From Hydrolagus colliei (lineage: Eukaryota): 64,000 bases of DNA. Where the stretch lies: the NCBI GenBank assembly GCA_035084275.1, contig CM068742.1, positions 93,124,001 to 93,188,000 of the forward strand, in the 5' to 3' direction. Both the position numbers and the translations under genes were made by a program. Below the pieces are notes generated by a model. The model was not told where the DNA came from. It saw only the letters and a list, made by a program, of their open reading frames with translations, and made no database searches. This document shows, one piece after another, positions 61,445 through 64,000 of this stretch (position 1 is the stretch's first letter; each line of letters starts with the position of its first letter).

Positions 61445-61589
61445 CTGTCTGAGCGCTCTCCTAAACGCCCTAATCCTCTGTACATCATATTGTCCAGATA
61501 GCGACTGCTGGGTAGAGAGTCATCTCCAAGCTCTTTTAGGTCCTCTGCTCTAAGATACTCTCCTCCATCTCCAGTCATTGTATCATCTC
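61445..61589 (-). CDS. ANK2: ANK2 linker exon, 145 nt ([48 protein letters not shown])
   Basis: cccaag|GA...ACAG|gtagtc; phase 1 to 2. Confidence 0.96.
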
Positions 61590-62039
61590 CTTGGGAGCAA
61601 GAAAGAGTTTGATCAGTCAGGAGACGTGCGTTGGTTGCTATGCAATTCCAGAGTAAAACCACGCAGCTGGAAACTAGCCACTCATGGCAATGCGATAATG
61701 AAGCAGGAAGTGCTCGTCACTAAAGGCTTAAGGGAATGTATAAACAGAACCTACTGGCTGCAATACATCACAACAATCAAACACACAGCAACTGCGGTAA
61801 GTCGGATTCTCTCTTACATAGCACTGGAGGACAGGTAACTAAAATACAAGGTAGGAATCAGAGTGACACTGTATAAATCCTGGCAAGATGTCGAGCAAGA
61901 AAGGAAATCTACTTGACCACAAACAATCAAACGTTAAAACGGTCTCAATGTACGTGTAGCATTTTAGCAATTGTAAGGTTTTAGTAAGATTTTTATACAT
62001 TAGGAAGACTAGTCTGTTTCATAATGTGCAATTTATGAA

Positions 62040-62760
62040 ACAAGCGAGAGGTACTGGGCTTGAGCTCCCGGCAGGGCGAAAAATTGGACAAGTTTCCTTA
62101 TTTCACACACCTATGTTCATTTAATAGGAAGAAGGATCCTGGTTGTTAGTCAATTGGCAGATCACTTTTCCGGGGTAATAATCCCATTAAAATGAAAAAT
62201 GATATGATAATACTGGTCACTCAATCCATAATTGTTTGTGGGACACTGCTGTGCGTGATTGGCTGCTGTGTTTCCCCTCAAAATATATAGTCAATTAACT
62301 TTACAGTATATTCTGTGAAACGCTTTGAGACGTCTCAAAGTTGTGATAACAACAATAACAAACAAAATTATATTTCTAGAGTGCCTTTCTCGTCGAGAGG
62401 ATGTCCCATATCACGCTATATCAAATGCAGGGAAATGTAAATGCAAACATTATGTAGCATTGATAATAACAATAATAATCCTTGCACTTGATATGGCGTT
62501 TCTAGATGTCTCAAAGCATTTCAAAGAATACACTGTAAAGAGAATTCACTGTATATTTGTGGGAGAAATGCAGCAACCAATTGTGCACAGCAGAGTCCCA
62601 CAAACAGTTGTGGATTGAAGTGACCAATTTTTTTTTTTTTTTTCGTGAGGGATTATTGTGAATTAAAAAAGCTTGCCCAAGGTTTTGCCCTGCCTGGAAT
62701 TGAACCCAGGTATCTTGCTTGTGAGGTGAATGCTCTAACTACTGCTCTAAAGGACTCTAC
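62040..62760. mobile_element. Tail-to-tail pair of tRNA-SINEs (plus 62040-62430, minus 62465-62760) with an L2 tail inserted at ~62349-62407
   Basis: Same SINE core in both orientations; aacaaaatta.atttctagagtgccttt...ggatgtccc L2 tail splits the plus copy. Confidence 0.75.
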
Positions 62761-63761
62761 GTTCAATGCAGCCAATTGTTTAAATTGAGAGGAACCTAGA
62801 ATCTCAAGATTCAACCACTTTTCCTGATAACCTGTTTTACTCATTAATTACCCTCTGGGTAATGAAAGCAAGTTTATGTCAAGGAAATAATTTGGCAGGA
62901 AATGTAAACGATGCTAGTCTTCACACCAAATGATTGACAGTGTTCCCACTCCTGATCAACAACTCTGACATTGTTGACGTAAATGTACCAATTAATACCT
63001 AATTTGCAGCGGATTAAGAATCAACTTTTACTACAATCAGAACGTAAATTTCACAATAATATTTCTTTGATATACAAAAATAACTTGAAAAACATTTATA
63101 CAACACAAATTTATATTTATATCACATCTTTTATACAGCGTTTCATCCACAAATATAGTCAATTTACTTTACAGTATATTCTGTGAAGTGCTTTGAGATG
63201 TCTAGAGGATGTGAAAACCGTTATATCAAAAATGCAAGGATTATTTACATCAGGATGATGTCCTAAAGCTCCTAATAGTATTGACTGAGGGCATCCAAGC
63301 TGAGGGTTAGAGCTGAGAAAGATGAGCGAAAGCATGGTCAAAGTGGGAGGTCTTGAGATAAACATTGAACAAACTGAGGGAGAGAGTTGGAAGCCCTCTG
63401 GGGTGGATTTCCAGAGATTCTAGTAGAACAGCTAAAAGTCTGCCCACTAATGGTATGGCTGGGAAAGCAATGGACTTAAAACAGATCAGTGCTTATTGGA
63501 GCAAAGTGATGTTTTATGATAGTGTTTTGATTTAACCGGGGTTTAGAACTTCCCTTATTAGAAAATAGTGTTGTTAGAAAAGATTATACCTCGTATCATG
63601 TAATTTAACCAAATCATCCTTATTTTGATTTGAAATGGATGTGCAAAAGGCTTAATTCACATCATTTTGATCATCTTTTCATTTTCATCACAACATGAGA
63701 GGAAGAAAATCCTATTTAACAAAATGATCAACTTACATTTTAATAACCAATTACTTTTTTT

Positions 63762-64000
63762 TAGGGTCCGTCGATAATGGAAATTTTCCAATTTAGATAT
63801 ATCGATGGGCTCATATCGAGATATACCAAAATATCGATATTTTCGGGGTTTTCGTACTGCACATGCGCGCGCATTCGGATCCTATCTCCTCAGGAGGTAA
63901 ATATCTTTCTCTCTCTGTGTCTCTCACACTCACTCTCTCCATCTCTGTGTTTTTCTGTCTGTGTCTCTGTGTCTCTCTCCTCTCTCACATCCCCCCCTTC
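63762..64000. mobile_element. Probable hAT-like DNA element end, runs off the window
   Basis: TAGGG terminus followed by CpG-rich repeated atatcga motifs; the other end is not visible. Confidence 0.4.

Larger units (their letters stand above)
21..61589 (-). other. ANK2: Ankyrin-2 (ankyrin-B) gene, 3' half; the 5' ANK-repeat exons lie beyond the window end
   Basis: Exon translations match ankyrin-B signatures: [15 protein letters not shown]5 DARGG, ESESDQEQEEE, giant exon, death domain [35 protein letters not shown] boundaries and phases chain correctly. Confidence 0.97.

Overview
Vertebrate genomic DNA (AT-rich introns), not prokaryotic. The whole window is the 3' half of an ankyrin-2 (ANK2, ankyrin-B) gene on the minus strand. 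It runs from the linker after the ANK repeats (exon at 61445-61589) through ZU5-ZU5-UPA, a 5817-nt giant neuronal exon (19198-25014), the death domain and the alternatively spliced C-terminal regulatory/obscurin-binding region to a stop at 21. I traced about 26 exons with GT-AG boundaries and consistent phases. Introns carry Deu-domain/tRNA-derived SINEs, L2 and CR1 fragments, Tigger-like MITEs and a Penelope-like repeat; this mix suggests a cartilaginous fish, possibly a chimaera (inference). I found no new multi-gene system. The best leads are isoform-level: a possible sAnk1.5-like small ankyrin-2 start, a candidate 180-nt cassette exon, an alternative coding first exon, 5/12/22/33-nt microexons, several candidate poison microexons, a dual-frame terminal exon, and absence of the mammalian 12-aa repeat array from the giant exon. 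Comparisons with human ANK1/ANK2 are from memory and need alignment.
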